NCBI GenBank assembly: GCA_964645485.1 | Contig: CAZXZO010000007.1 | Location: forward strand, 441 to 64,440 | Direction of reading: 5' to 3' | DNA from: an uncultured Candidatus Poseidoniales archaeon | GTDB taxonomy: Archaea; Thermoplasmatota; Poseidoniia; Poseidoniales; Thalassarchaeaceae | DNA length: 64,000 nucleotides | Shown: piece by piece, positions 8,997 to 18,466 of the stretch | How positions within the stretch are numbered: the first letter of the stretch is position 1 | Layout: each line of letters opens with the position of its first letter | The notes under the pieces: model-generated | What the model was told of the DNA's origin: nothing | Seen by the model: only the letters and a program-made list of their open reading frames with translations | The model's database searches: none | Program-made: the position numbers and the translations under genes

Positions 8997-9108
8997 TGAC
9001 GAATTATGGTGTCCCGCACAAATAATGTCTTCTTCTTCATACTCAAAATAGCATTCCCTTGAGGCAATTATGATAAGAGGGCACTACGGGGTGCCCTTTG
9101 GAATAGTT

Positions 9109-9495
9109 ATGGCAGGCACAGAGAAGGTTGAAATTCGGACACTGAAAGTTGGGCGATACTGCACTGTTGATGATAGCGCCTACAAGATTCTTAAAATTTC
9201 AAAGTCTAAGCCAGGGAAGCACGGAAGCGCAAAGGCTAGACTAGATTTAGAAGACCTATTTACTGGTTCAAAGAGAAGCCACGTTGGTACGGTTACAGAC
9301 AAAATTAGTGTTCCAATCATTGAGAAAGGTTCAGCAACAGTTACTCATGTTCAAGGAGCCGATGTTCACGCTATGGATGCAAAAACATTCGAAATGATGG
9401 TTTTACCAATGGAAGATGGATTGAATATTGAATCTGGTGGAGAAATCATGTGGATGGAAGCATTGGGTCGATTTAGAATCATCCGCGACCATTGA
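9109..9495 (+). CDS. eif5a: Translation initiation factor 5A (aIF5A)
   Basis: Hypusine-site motif SKSKPGKHGSAKARL. Start moved to ATG 9109 (MAGTEKVEIRTLKVGRY), which matches the usual archaeal N-terminus; the ORF-track start at 9070 adds 13 atypical residues. Confidence 0.9.
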   Translation: MAGTEKVEIRTLKVGRYCTVDDSAYKILKISKSKPGKHGSAKARLDLEDLFTGSKRSHVGTVTDKISVPIIEKGSATVTHVQGADVHAMDAKTFEMMVLPMEDGLNIESGGEIMWMEALGRFRIIRDH

Positions 9496-9498
9496 GGC

Positions 9499-9547
9499 TA
9501 TCTTCTTTTTAGAGGAATTGATTTGAAGGTGGTTGGGTTCGACCACC
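9499..9547 (+). terminator. Probable aIF5A terminator: oligo-T run (9506-9510) plus GGTGG/CCACC hairpin (9528-9547)
   Basis: tcttcttttt lies directly after stop 9493-9495. 5-bp inverted repeat ggtgg...ccacc with a 10-nt loop. Archaeal terminators are typically T-tracts. Confidence 0.35.
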
Positions 9548-9572
9548 ATAGATACGGAGCGGGGGTGTAGAA

Positions 9573-12014
9573 TTGTCAGTAAAACGTTCAGCATACAGGC
9601 AGCCCGCTACAGCAGAAGGACTGAAGGCAATTGAGGATGGGACTTTAACTTGGCTTGACCAAGAGATGTATAAAAATCTCAACACAGGTGTCTTAGAACA
9701 ATATCTTGAGGAGAAAAATCTCGAAGAGGCGTTTGAAGTAAGTCATTGGTCACTTGGGAAAGTAATGATTGGAATTTTGGTTGGTGCTGTTTTCAGTGGG
9801 GTAACCGCATACATTGGGTTGAAAATTGGGTTGGCAGTTTCTGCGGCTTGGTATATCGCTTACTTACTCGGGATGTCATTACGCTGGTCGCCATCTGAAG
9901 TGAATATCGCCACAAGTGCTACCACCGGAGCAACCCATGCATCTACGGGGTTCATTTTCACGTTTCCAGCAATATTTTTGTTAGCCTCTAGTCCTAATTA
10001 TGAGGTAGGTGGAGGCCATTTAATCAGTAGTGTTGATACATTCCAGTTGGCTTTTATCGGAATAATTGCATCCATGTTTGCTGGATTTTTAGGTGTGATG
10101 TATTTTATCATTTTTAGAAGGGTTTGGCTAGTAGAAGATCCCTTACCTATGCCTGGGTTTGAGGCCACTCTTGTACTACTGGATATTGCTTGTGACGTGT
10201 CTAGTGGGGCTGCAGAACAAGCAAAAGAGTCTCTGAAAACTGTTGGGCTTTCTACCGTTGGCACGATGCTGTTCATGTTCATCATTGATTATCCATTATC
10301 GTGGAAGCGTCATTTAGATGGGGTTTCAGCATCTTTATTTGATGTAATCGCGCAAAAGTTGACTTTTGCTGGAACAGCATTGTCCTCAATTTTCAGCCAT
10401 CATGCTATCCATCAGCCAGCCGGAATTCACACAGTAGAAGGCGAGCACGGTACTTGGGAAGGTGTTTCAAAAGGTATCACCCATTACGATGAAGATAAAT
10501 TCAATCCATTTGAGTATACATATCTGGGGATTGAAATGTCACCTACTCTCTTTGCAATTGGTTGGTTCATGCGCCTGAGGGTGGCAATCTTAGTGAACCT
10601 AGGCACTTTAGTTGCGTGGTTTTACCTAGTTCCTCTTGCAGTGAGTCTTGATGTTCCAGTGTATGATGCTAATCTTGGTGCGTACTTCAAATTGTCAGAT
10701 TTTGGTAATCCAGAAACTGTGCCTTACACTCCACTAGTTCAGATGAAGGTTTATTCGACATTAATTCGAGTGATTGCAATTGGTGCAATTCTTGGTGGTG
10801 GGTTCCTTGGTTTGGCTAAGATGGCTCCTACATTCGTCAATATTTTTGGCGATATTAAAAACGCGTTCAAGGGAGAACAAGGTGCAGAATACATGGAAGA
10901 AAAGGGATGGTATGAATGGCCTCTTTACCATCTTCCGATTTTCATAATAATTTCTTTCATTGCCATGACGTTCATCTTTACAATTGGTGGATTCCCTTTT
11001 ATTCCAAGCCTTCTCTTTTCAATAATTGTTGGGATTTCAACATTCTTACTCGGTGCTATCGCAGTTCGTGTAATGGGTGAAACGGGTATTGAGCCCGTCA
11101 GTGGAACTTCATTCATTGTTTTACTAGGACTGTTAGGTTTATTCCTGAATTTAAGAGATACTTTTGGCTTGACTAAGGAAGAAGCAATCTTGTTGGGTCT
11201 TGTAGGTACTACAGTGTTTGGTTCTGCAATCTCAATGTCAGGGACTGTTGTTGGGGACTACAAAAACAGCCTGTATATAGGAAACAGGCCTTATCACATC
11301 TCAAAAGGAAATATCATGGGTGTTGTGCCTGGTGCAATCCTAGGTGCGGGTGTTGCAATTTTCCTTTCAAAGATGCTAGCTGATGGAAGTATAGATTTAC
11401 TCGCTCCACAAGCAAATGCATTTGCTACCTTTACGATTTTATTATCGGAGAATGAAGGTAATCTATACGCATTAGGTTTAGGATTCTTGCTTGGTTGTTT
11501 CATCGAATGGGCAACCGGAATGGGAACCTCCTTCGGCCTAGGTATGTATCTACCTACTTTGGCAACCTTCCCCATGCTAATTGGCGGAGGTTTGAGAGAT
11601 TGGTGGGAGGCTAAGAGGCTCGCACCTAAGGTCGAAAAAATCCGGGAAGAAGGAGGCAACAAAGAAGCAGAAAGAACACGTGCAATCATGTTGCTTGGTA
11701 CGTTCATGCTTGCTGCAGGGATGCTAACCGGTGAAGCCTTCATCGGTGTAGAAAGCGCAGTATTTGCAGTAGTTGATGAATTACCAACTGGCGAATCTGT
11801 GCCAATTTTAGATGGTGAAACACCGGTATTGGACCCAGATGGAAACCCAGTCATGGGTGAACAAGTATTGGGTGATCTTGGTTGGTATCCTTATGCAAGA
11901 TTTGCCTCATTTTTAGGAATGAATTTATTCTTAGGATTAGGAATCTATTTGTTATTCAGGAAGGCTGGAATTATTGGCCCGAAAGATGAACTTTTGGAAG
12001 CCGAATTAGAGTGA
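9573..12014 (+). CDS. OPT-family oligopeptide transporter (polytopic membrane protein)
   Basis: 813 aa with many TM segments; SPSEVNIATSATTGATHASTGFIFTFPA and the C-terminal LAAGMLTGEAFIGV resemble OPT-superfamily signatures. TTG start as in the ORF track. Confidence 0.75.
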   Translation: MSVKRSAYRQPATAEGLKAIEDGTLTWLDQEMYKNLNTGVLEQYLEEKNLEEAFEVSHWSLGKVMIGILVGAVFSGVTAYIGLKIGLAVSAAWYIAYLLGMSLRWSPSEVNIATSATTGATHASTGFIFTFPAIFLLASSPNYEVGGGHLISSVDTFQLAFIGIIASMFAGFLGVMYFIIFRRVWLVEDPLPMPGFEATLVLLDIACDVSSGAAEQAKESLKTVGLSTVGTMLFMFIIDYPLSWKRHLDGVSASLFDVIAQKLTFAGTALSSIFSHHAIHQPAGIHTVEGEHGTWEGVSKGITHYDEDKFNPFEYTYLGIEMSPTLFAIGWFMRLRVAILVNLGTLVAWFYLVPLAVSLDVPVYDANLGAYFKLSDFGNPETVPYTPLVQMKVYSTLIRVIAIGAILGGGFLGLAKMAPTFVNIFGDIKNAFKGEQGAEYMEEKGWYEWPLYHLPIFIIISFIAMTFIFTIGGFPFIPSLLFSIIVGISTFLLGAIAVRVMGETGIEPVSGTSFIVLLGLLGLFLNLRDTFGLTKEEAILLGLVGTTVFGSAISMSGTVVGDYKNSLYIGNRPYHISKGNIMGVVPGAILGAGVAIFLSKMLADGSIDLLAPQANAFATFTILLSENEGNLYALGLGFLLGCFIEWATGMGTSFGLGMYLPTLATFPMLIGGGLRDWWEAKRLAPKVEKIREEGGNKEAERTRAIMLLGTFMLAAGMLTGEAFIGVESAVFAVVDELPTGESVPILDGETPVLDPDGNPVMGEQVLGDLGWYPYARFASFLGMNLFLGLGIYLLFRKAGIIGPKDELLEAELE

Positions 12015-12023
12015 GGTTGTAAC

Positions 12024-12998
12024 GTGGCCCGACAGCCACCTCCGACTTTCGCATGGCTGATATTAGCGGCTTCTGTATTAGCAGTATCAAGTGCGGGTGC
12101 AGTGTTTCAATTGATTAGTGAAGTAAGCCCAATATTGAGAGCATCATGGCGTTTGCAGGCAACATCTGTTATTCTGTTGCCACCGTTTATTTATCAAGTC
12201 GTTAAATTGAGGAAAAATGACCCTCAAACATTTTCACGTTTAGGTGAAAAAGATGTGTTGTTAGCAATTATTGGTTCTTCTATTTGTCTCTGGATCCATT
12301 TTGGTAGTTGGGTCTGGTCACTTGACCACACATCCTTGACTCATAGTCTGTTATTCGTTACCGCGCACCCTCTAGTTATTGTCACGGGGCTTTATTTCCT
12401 AGGAAAACAAATTTCGCCCGAGCAGACAAGCGGAGCACTTCTTGGGTTTCTTGGGGTAGGGATATGCTTATTGGGTGTTACAAATGAAGGAGAAGTGACT
12501 CTAATCGGTGATTTGGCAGCTTTCATTGGTGCAATTGCCATTGTTGGATACTTAATTGCTGGCAGGGTTCTTCGCGAGTGGATGCCTCTTTTCATCTACG
12601 CATTTCCTGTCACTTTAATTGCAAGCATTTTGCTTGGGCTTAGTTCAATTGCTCTCGAAGGTACTTCACTAAGCGGTTTGCCAGCAGTGAGTTCAGTATT
12701 TGGATGGCATGACATTGCTTGGCTACCGGCGATAGTTTACCTTGCACTCGGGCCTGGCTTAGTTGGACATACAGGAATAAATGGAGTATTACGTTGGTTC
12801 CCACCACTTGTTATTTCGGTCGCGGTTCTTTTTGAACCGTTGATTGGTTCCTTAATTGGTTGGTTCCTTGGTACAACAGAGATGCCCGGTCTCTACACTT
12901 GGATTGGTGGAATCTTCTTGATACTGGGTGTGATATTGGTAACAATTGGTCAGGCATCAATTGATGAATTACAAAACGCAGCAGATGAAGGTGAGTGA
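12024..12998 (+). CDS. EamA/DMT-superfamily transporter
   Basis: About 10 predicted TM helices in two similar halves, 324 aa, GTG start 9 nt after the OPT stop. Family call from overall architecture only. Confidence 0.55.
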   Translation: MARQPPPTFAWLILAASVLAVSSAGAVFQLISEVSPILRASWRLQATSVILLPPFIYQVVKLRKNDPQTFSRLGEKDVLLAIIGSSICLWIHFGSWVWSLDHTSLTHSLLFVTAHPLVIVTGLYFLGKQISPEQTSGALLGFLGVGICLLGVTNEGEVTLIGDLAAFIGAIAIVGYLIAGRVLREWMPLFIYAFPVTLIASILLGLSSIALEGTSLSGLPAVSSVFGWHDIAWLPAIVYLALGPGLVGHTGINGVLRWFPPLVISVAVLFEPLIGSLIGWFLGTTEMPGLYTWIGGIFLILGVILVTIGQASIDELQNAADEGE

Positions 12999-13000
12999 AT

Positions 13001-13936
13001 ATGAGTCATACTATTTTGGTTACTAATGATGATGGAATTAATGCACCTGGTATTACCGCTCTTGTTCAGGGACTTCATGATTCTGGGTACAGGGTGGTAG
13101 TTTGTGCACCTGACCGTGAAAGGTCTGCATCCGCGATGCATCTCACTTTACATCGTCAGATGAAATTGAGGCGTAGAGAAGATTTACTTGAAATCTATAG
13201 AATAAGTGAAAGCGGGCCGGAAATTGATTTATTCGATCTGTCAGGCTTTCCTGCAGATTGTGTGTTGACTGCGCTTGGTGGAGGGCTTCCGGACAATATT
13301 CCGACACCCTCTCTATGTATCAGTGGGATAAATCGAGGACCAAATATGTCCGTTGATGTATTACATTCAGGTACGATTGGAGGAGCAAGACAAGCAGGAA
13401 CTTGTGGTCTGCCCGCGATAGCAACTAGTCTGGATACTTTTGAGCCAAACGACTATGCAAATGCTCTACGCGCTACTCTAGAATTAGTTAAACAAGTCTG
13501 TCAGATTATTCCCGAAGAACCTCAAAACCTTGGCCGAGAAGGTGGAAGTGATACTAAACCAGTTGGCCGTAATGATGAAGAAATTTTGAGAAATGCATTG
13601 ATATTAGGTGATATTTATGTCAATCTCAATGTGCCCGTTGGATGGAAAAGAACATTTTCTTCGACCCATTTGGGAGGTAGGTGGTATCGAGGAGCCATAG
13701 AAATTGTCGGTGACAATTCTGTTGACAGAGATGAATGGGATATTCAATTAGGCGCAGCGAGCATTGAGGATGAACCCATAAAAAATGGTGATTCTCATCA
13801 TGTACGATTAGGATTTGCAAGTATTTCTACTCTTGGAACATGGCCTCAAGGACACCCATTAGCGATTTCAGATGAATTATTGGCAACGGCTTACTCAGGT
13901 GAAGGATTCCCTTCATGGCTATTTATTGGTCAATAA
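13001..13936 (+). CDS. surE: 5'/3'-nucleotidase SurE
   Basis: N-terminal ILVTNDDGINAPGITAL, and GINRGPNMSVDVLHSGTIGGA. ATG 13001 chosen; GTG 12995, overlapping the upstream stop, is an alternative. Confidence 0.9.
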   Translation: MSHTILVTNDDGINAPGITALVQGLHDSGYRVVVCAPDRERSASAMHLTLHRQMKLRRREDLLEIYRISESGPEIDLFDLSGFPADCVLTALGGGLPDNIPTPSLCISGINRGPNMSVDVLHSGTIGGARQAGTCGLPAIATSLDTFEPNDYANALRATLELVKQVCQIIPEEPQNLGREGGSDTKPVGRNDEEILRNALILGDIYVNLNVPVGWKRTFSSTHLGGRWYRGAIEIVGDNSVDRDEWDIQLGAASIEDEPIKNGDSHHVRLGFASISTLGTWPQGHPLAISDELLATAYSGEGFPSWLFIGQ

Positions 13937-14567
13937 TGGTATCCAGTAAATGGTGAACCACACCTATTGCAGTGTGTCCTTGAATCCATTTTTTACCTAG
14001 TGAGATAGATTTGGTATATTGTTCGAGAAGTTCGTTTTCATCATCTGTAAATGGTTGGTCATCTGATAAAATGAATCCGAGTTTCTCTGAGATAGAGGTG
14101 TTGTAGAGTTCAGAGAAGTCTTCTGCATCTGCATCTAATTTGACAATTTCAACATCTTCTTTCTTCCATTCATTTAGTGTGACTGAGAGGTCTCCCCCAG
14201 AATGCCAAATTCCAGGCTGGTGCTCTATCCAGTGGCCACGAGCGGGGGTAGGTTCAAGCAATATTTTTCCAATTTGACCGGCAATTGCTCGCTCGTCTGG
14301 GTGTAGTCCCCAAACCTTATCACCATCAAACCAAATTCTCCTTGGCGGCCCTTCACCACCCATCAGGTGAATGGTAATGTGGGTATTCTTTCTGATGCCG
14401 TGAGATAAGAATAGAGCGGAATTAATTGCTCGGACAATTACATCCATTCTACCTGCGCTTCCGCTCAAATCATTCAGATTCAATTTCCCATTACTTGTAG
14501 CACGGTGGCCAATAATGGCGAATCTTCTCTCTTGCAAATGTTCACCTTCACATAGGCATGTCGACAT
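13923..14567 (-). CDS. trmY: tRNA (pseudouridine54-N1)-methyltransferase TrmY (SPOUT family)
   Basis: LNDLSGSAGRMDVIVRAINSALFLSHGIR, HPDERAIA and the C-terminal GHTAIGVVHHLLD match the remembered MJ1640-type sequence (LKDLPGSCGRLDLLCRCV, SPDERNIA, HCITIIHNVLD). Confidence 0.8.
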   Translation of the reverse strand: MSTCLCEGEHLQERRFAIIGHRATSNGKLNLNDLSGSAGRMDVIVRAINSALFLSHGIRKNTHITIHLMGGEGPPRRIWFDGDKVWGLHPDERAIAGQIGKILLEPTPARGHWIEHQPGIWHSGGDLSVTLNEWKKEDVEIVKLDADAEDFSELYNTSISEKLGFILSDDQPFTDDENELLEQYTKSISLGKKWIQGHTAIGVVHHLLDTIIDQ

Positions 14568-15903
14568 CGTCCATATCGCCCATCATATCTTTCATTTGCT
14601 TGCGGAGTCTACGGTTTCCTCTTACGCCTTTCATCATTTTACGAGAGCGTTTCCATTGTGCTAGTAAATCCTTAACGTCTCTCTCAGTAGTACCTGAACC
14701 TCCGGCGATTCTCTTGATTCTCTCTTGTTTGAGGACCAGTGGTTCGTTCTTTTCGTGTGAGGTCATACTATCCATGATTATCTTGAATTTTTCAAGGTTG
14801 GATTGCATCTCAAGTTTTTGTTTTTTTGACATGTTTCCCATACCCATGAAACCCATTGGCATATGTGACATAATTTTGTCAACAGTTCCAATTTTTGACA
14901 TCATTTCCATCTGTTTATACATATCATTTAATGTAAATCTACCCGACATTAATCGTTCTGCAATTCTTGCTGCTTCTTCTGCATCTAAGTCTTCGGGGGC
15001 GAGGTCGATTAATCCTCTAATATCGCCCATTCCTAAAAGTCTTGAAATGAATCTATCGGATTCGAATTTCTCAAGGTCTGAAACCTTTTCACCTTCTCCA
15101 ATATACACAATTGGCGCGCCTGTAGTTGCTACTGCTGAAAGTGCGCCACCACCGCGTGCGGTACCATCTAATTTTGTTACAATGACTCCTGTTACTCCAA
15201 CTAAGTCATGGAAAGAGGCTGCAACTGGTCCAGCTGCTTGACCAACTTGAGCATCAATTACAAGGAATCTTTCAGTTGCTTTTGCAACTCTATGAATAGC
15301 ATCTAATTCTTCTTGTAAGCCTTGGTCTAATCTATCTCGGCCTGCTGTATCAATGATTACTAAGTCGGCCCCACCAACTTCTGCTAACCCGTTTTTCACG
15401 ATTGTCAACGCATCAGTTTCTTCGGGTTCACCATATACTTCGACAGGGGAATCTGCGAGAAGTTGTTGTAATTGTGCATATGCACCGGGACGATGGACGT
15501 CAGCCTCGATGACAGCGATTTTCATATTGTACTTTTTTCGCCACCATTCAGCTAATTTAGCAGTGGTTGTGGTCTTTCCTTGTCCATATAGCCCAACCAT
15601 CAGAATAGTCTGGTTATGAGGGATTATCTCCCTTGGAGTGCCAAGCATTCGAACCAATTCGGTGTAAATGATATTCAATGCATGAGTTTGTAGGACTACT
15701 CCTGGACGAGGTTCTTCCTCCCTCATCCGTGATTCAAGTCGCTCTGAAATTTCTTTGGTTTGCCTAACGTTGAAATCGGCTTCAAGTAAAGCCACGCGAA
15801 TACTTTTGATCATCTCTGCAAGTTCAGCCTCATCCAACTTGCGTTTACCTTTAAGTGCGGTAATAGCACCAAAGATTCCGGCCTTCAGTCCTTCAAGTGC
15901 CAT
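14548..15903 (-). CDS. srp54: Signal recognition particle protein SRP54
   Basis: GTPase motifs GLYGQGKTTTTAKLA, DTAGR, TKLDG; Met-rich M domain at the C-terminus. Confidence 0.97.
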   Translation of the reverse strand: MALEGLKAGIFGAITALKGKRKLDEAELAEMIKSIRVALLEADFNVRQTKEISERLESRMREEEPRPGVVLQTHALNIIYTELVRMLGTPREIIPHNQTILMVGLYGQGKTTTTAKLAEWWRKKYNMKIAVIEADVHRPGAYAQLQQLLADSPVEVYGEPEETDALTIVKNGLAEVGGADLVIIDTAGRDRLDQGLQEELDAIHRVAKATERFLVIDAQVGQAAGPVAASFHDLVGVTGVIVTKLDGTARGGGALSAVATTGAPIVYIGEGEKVSDLEKFESDRFISRLLGMGDIRGLIDLAPEDLDAEEAARIAERLMSGRFTLNDMYKQMEMMSKIGTVDKIMSHMPMGFMGMGNMSKKQKLEMQSNLEKFKIIMDSMTSHEKNEPLVLKQERIKRIAGGSGTTERDVKDLLAQWKRSRKMMKGVRGNRRLRKQMKDMMGDMDDVDMPM

Positions 15904-16003
15904 GCATCCACCGAACGGTCGGTTACACCCATCCCGTTTGAATGCGCCGGACTAGTAATTGTTGAAGCGGTGAATACATCAAGAGTCATCATCTCGCCCC
16001 ACT

Positions 16004-16801
16004 ATGGCATTAGACCTGCCTCAGTATCAGGTTCAGATTCTAATTGCGCTTGGAACCCTCGGTGTATACGTTGGTTGGCGAGGAGGAATGCAGAATATGG
16101 CTGGATTCTATGATATGCCAAATGCTACCAAACATCTTGCATTTGGGATTGTGCTTGGGGCGTTTAGTGGGGTACTGATTGACGGGCTTTTCATCAGCCT
16201 TGTTGCACAAACCGGGGCAGTTTTAATTGAAACCCTTGGTTTGATGATATTTCTAGGGCTGTTGCAGTCTCTTATTTTTCACTTTTTACTGTCAAGGGAA
16301 AAGGTCAGAATATTGCTTTCTTCTCCGACTTCGGGATGGACAATGGGGCTTGGAATGGGTGCACTGCAAGCCTCATATCTGATGATTAGGATGGCAGACC
16401 CAAATTGGATTGGATTTGTCTCTGGGTTCAACTGGCAAATGATATTGACGGGTTTTTGGATAACAATCACTTTGCCAGCCATTGAAGCAGCACTCGGCTC
16501 CTGGCAAGGTGCTGCAGTAGTAGACAAAAAGCCACTGTCGGTAATGTGGCAGTCAGGTCTTTATCGGGGATTCATTCTAATCGTAGTTCTAGTAGGAATA
16601 ACCGCTCAACCAATTTTATTGCTGGTGTTACCTATTGTGGCGATATATGGATTCTCCCTTGCGGAAGAAAAATGGTTACCGTCTGCATTAATCCCATCAA
16701 TCAGGCAGGAATATTATCGTACAGTGCGGAAATCGTCTGAAAGAGCCCGTTTGAAGGCAGAAAGACGCCATGGGGATGTAGTAAACGAGTCAGAAGAATA
16801 A
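16004..16801 (+). CDS. Polytopic membrane protein, unknown function
   Basis: 265 aa, about 7 hydrophobic segments and a basic C-terminal tail (RTVRKSSERARLKAERRH). No catalytic motif recognised. Confidence 0.6.
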   Translation: MALDLPQYQVQILIALGTLGVYVGWRGGMQNMAGFYDMPNATKHLAFGIVLGAFSGVLIDGLFISLVAQTGAVLIETLGLMIFLGLLQSLIFHFLLSREKVRILLSSPTSGWTMGLGMGALQASYLMIRMADPNWIGFVSGFNWQMILTGFWITITLPAIEAALGSWQGAAVVDKKPLSVMWQSGLYRGFILIVVLVGITAQPILLLVLPIVAIYGFSLAEEKWLPSALIPSIRQEYYRTVRKSSERARLKAERRHGDVVNESEE

Positions 16802-16854
16802 GGTACCAACCCTATCTATTACCTGATGTTAATGGAGAACCGTTATGGGGCTTA

Positions 16855-18435
16855 GTGGCGCAGAGTAGGATAATGCCGCGATGTCCATATTGTATGGCTC
16901 CCACTAGTGCGCTTAACCCAATATGCCACGGATGTGGGAGGGTAATCAGTGGGACTTCTGGCATGGGTGGGCGAGTTACCCCTTCAGGAGTGCCGAAGTA
17001 CCATGGTGGTAGAGTACAGCATGGAATGAGCCCAACCGCTCGTGCACATCAAGTACAAATGAAACGCAAAAAGAAAAAATCAGGAAAACAATTCAAGAAT
17101 CTTGTTTTAGTGATAATCATCGCTTTTATTTTCCTTTTCACCCCAGCTCAAGAACATGTTAACAAACAATTGAGCATTTGGTTAGGAGATTTTTGGAAAT
17201 CTATAGGACCTTCCCACGAATACCCGACCCATACTGAATATACTCTTGAAAGAACAGTAGAAATTGAGAACTTTGACTCTGGGGAAAGACAATTCCTCTA
17301 CCGTTTACCAATTCCAATTCAACGAACCAATAGGGGTGTTGAAGATACTACCTTTGAAAGAAATGGGGTATCTGATATGGCAATGAATCTTCAATGGGTG
17401 AAAACTATGAAAGTGGGTTCTAGTTTTTCGCATATTGATGTTCCAGTTATGACCGTTGAATATCTAGAAGAATCATCTGCGATATCTTTGGGAGATGGAT
17501 ATTCATCTGTTCACTGGCCGACTTTAGGTGCAAGTGGGGATAGATGTGAATATACGAGGTGTTTAGTTTGGAAAGGTGATATTCCCGCCAATTCAATTGC
17601 AATCCTGACAGTAACGTACGAGATTTCTTCCTCAACCTATTCGTGGACGAGTGGAGAAACGATATCTACTCCAATTACTGGCACTGCTCTAGGCATGGAT
17701 ATTTCTAACTCAGGCTCATTTAGTGATTTATCTAGGTCAGGGTGGGTCGGTGCCACGACTTCTTTGATTGGAGAAGAACATCAGTGGTATGATAGAAATG
17801 AGGGGGGCTCAATTGAGAATTGGGCCGTTGATGGAGACCACCATCTCGTTAAATCTGCTGCGGATAATATTCAAGCAAGTCTTCCTTTGGAGCAACAAGA
17901 CAACATTTTTGCTTTCTCACATGCAGCATTCATCTATGTTAGAGATAATGTCGTATATGGACCAGGAGCAGCATATCCCCCTAGAAATGGCCCAACTTGC
18001 TTAGCCCAGGGGATTGGCGATTGTGATGAACAGGCAAATGCTTGGATGAGTATTCTAAGAGTGAAAAACATCCCAACTTGGTATGAATTTGGTGCATTAA
18101 CTTCTATGAATCATGAAATTTGGGAAGCCCATGCATGGTCTGTGATTTTAATTCCTTACAATAATGCGTGGTGTGATGAAAATGGTATCGATTTGGATAG
18201 TTGCTACTTAGAAGGTTCAGTAGATGTCGTGAATAACAAATGGTTATTGCATACTCCAACCGCTTTTTCAGAATTTTTAGAACCATATAGTCCACAAGGA
18301 ACAGCACCCGATGAATTCTATAAAGTGATGTCCATAAACGCATATGAGTACAATTGGGTTGAGAATTGGGATACTGTTGTTGGGCCAGATCACCTCGGTC
18401 CCACTTTTAAAGTTCCATACGTAACTGGAGAGTGA
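16855..18435 (+). CDS. Transglutaminase-like cysteine-protease-fold protein with N-terminal zinc ribbon and one TM
   Basis: Zinc ribbon CPYC...CHGC; Lys-run then TM LVLVIIIAFIFLFTPA; transglutaminase core GIGDCDEQANAWMSILRVKNIP...WEAHAWSVI (Cys-His). ATG 16873 is an alternative start. Confidence 0.8.
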   Translation: MAQSRIMPRCPYCMAPTSALNPICHGCGRVISGTSGMGGRVTPSGVPKYHGGRVQHGMSPTARAHQVQMKRKKKKSGKQFKNLVLVIIIAFIFLFTPAQEHVNKQLSIWLGDFWKSIGPSHEYPTHTEYTLERTVEIENFDSGERQFLYRLPIPIQRTNRGVEDTTFERNGVSDMAMNLQWVKTMKVGSSFSHIDVPVMTVEYLEESSAISLGDGYSSVHWPTLGASGDRCEYTRCLVWKGDIPANSIAILTVTYEISSSTYSWTSGETISTPITGTALGMDISNSGSFSDLSRSGWVGATTSLIGEEHQWYDRNEGGSIENWAVDGDHHLVKSAADNIQASLPLEQQDNIFAFSHAAFIYVRDNVVYGPGAAYPPRNGPTCLAQGIGDCDEQANAWMSILRVKNIPTWYEFGALTSMNHEIWEAHAWSVILIPYNNAWCDENGIDLDSCYLEGSVDVVNNKWLLHTPTAFSEFLEPYSPQGTAPDEFYKVMSINAYEYNWVENWDTVVGPDHLGPTFKVPYVTGE

Positions 18436-18466
18436 ACAGTCAAATGAGAGATGCTCGCCCGATTAA

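Noticed and set aside
9528-9547. tRNA T-arm-like sequence GGTGG-TTGGGTTCGA-CCACC
   Set aside because: The loop is 10 nt rather than 7. There is no matching acceptor stem, D-arm or anticodon arm in the 77-nt spacer. It is more simply a hairpin in the aIF5A terminator region.
14558-15241. Long antisense ORFs opposite well-supported genes (14558-15241, 227 aa; also 8228-8710, 11294-11854, 22477-22953, 25748-26185, 44720-45160, 46813-47280)
   Set aside because: All lie entirely inside strongly supported genes on the other strand. They have Ser/Pro/Ile-rich low-complexity translations and no motifs. They are typical shadow ORFs.
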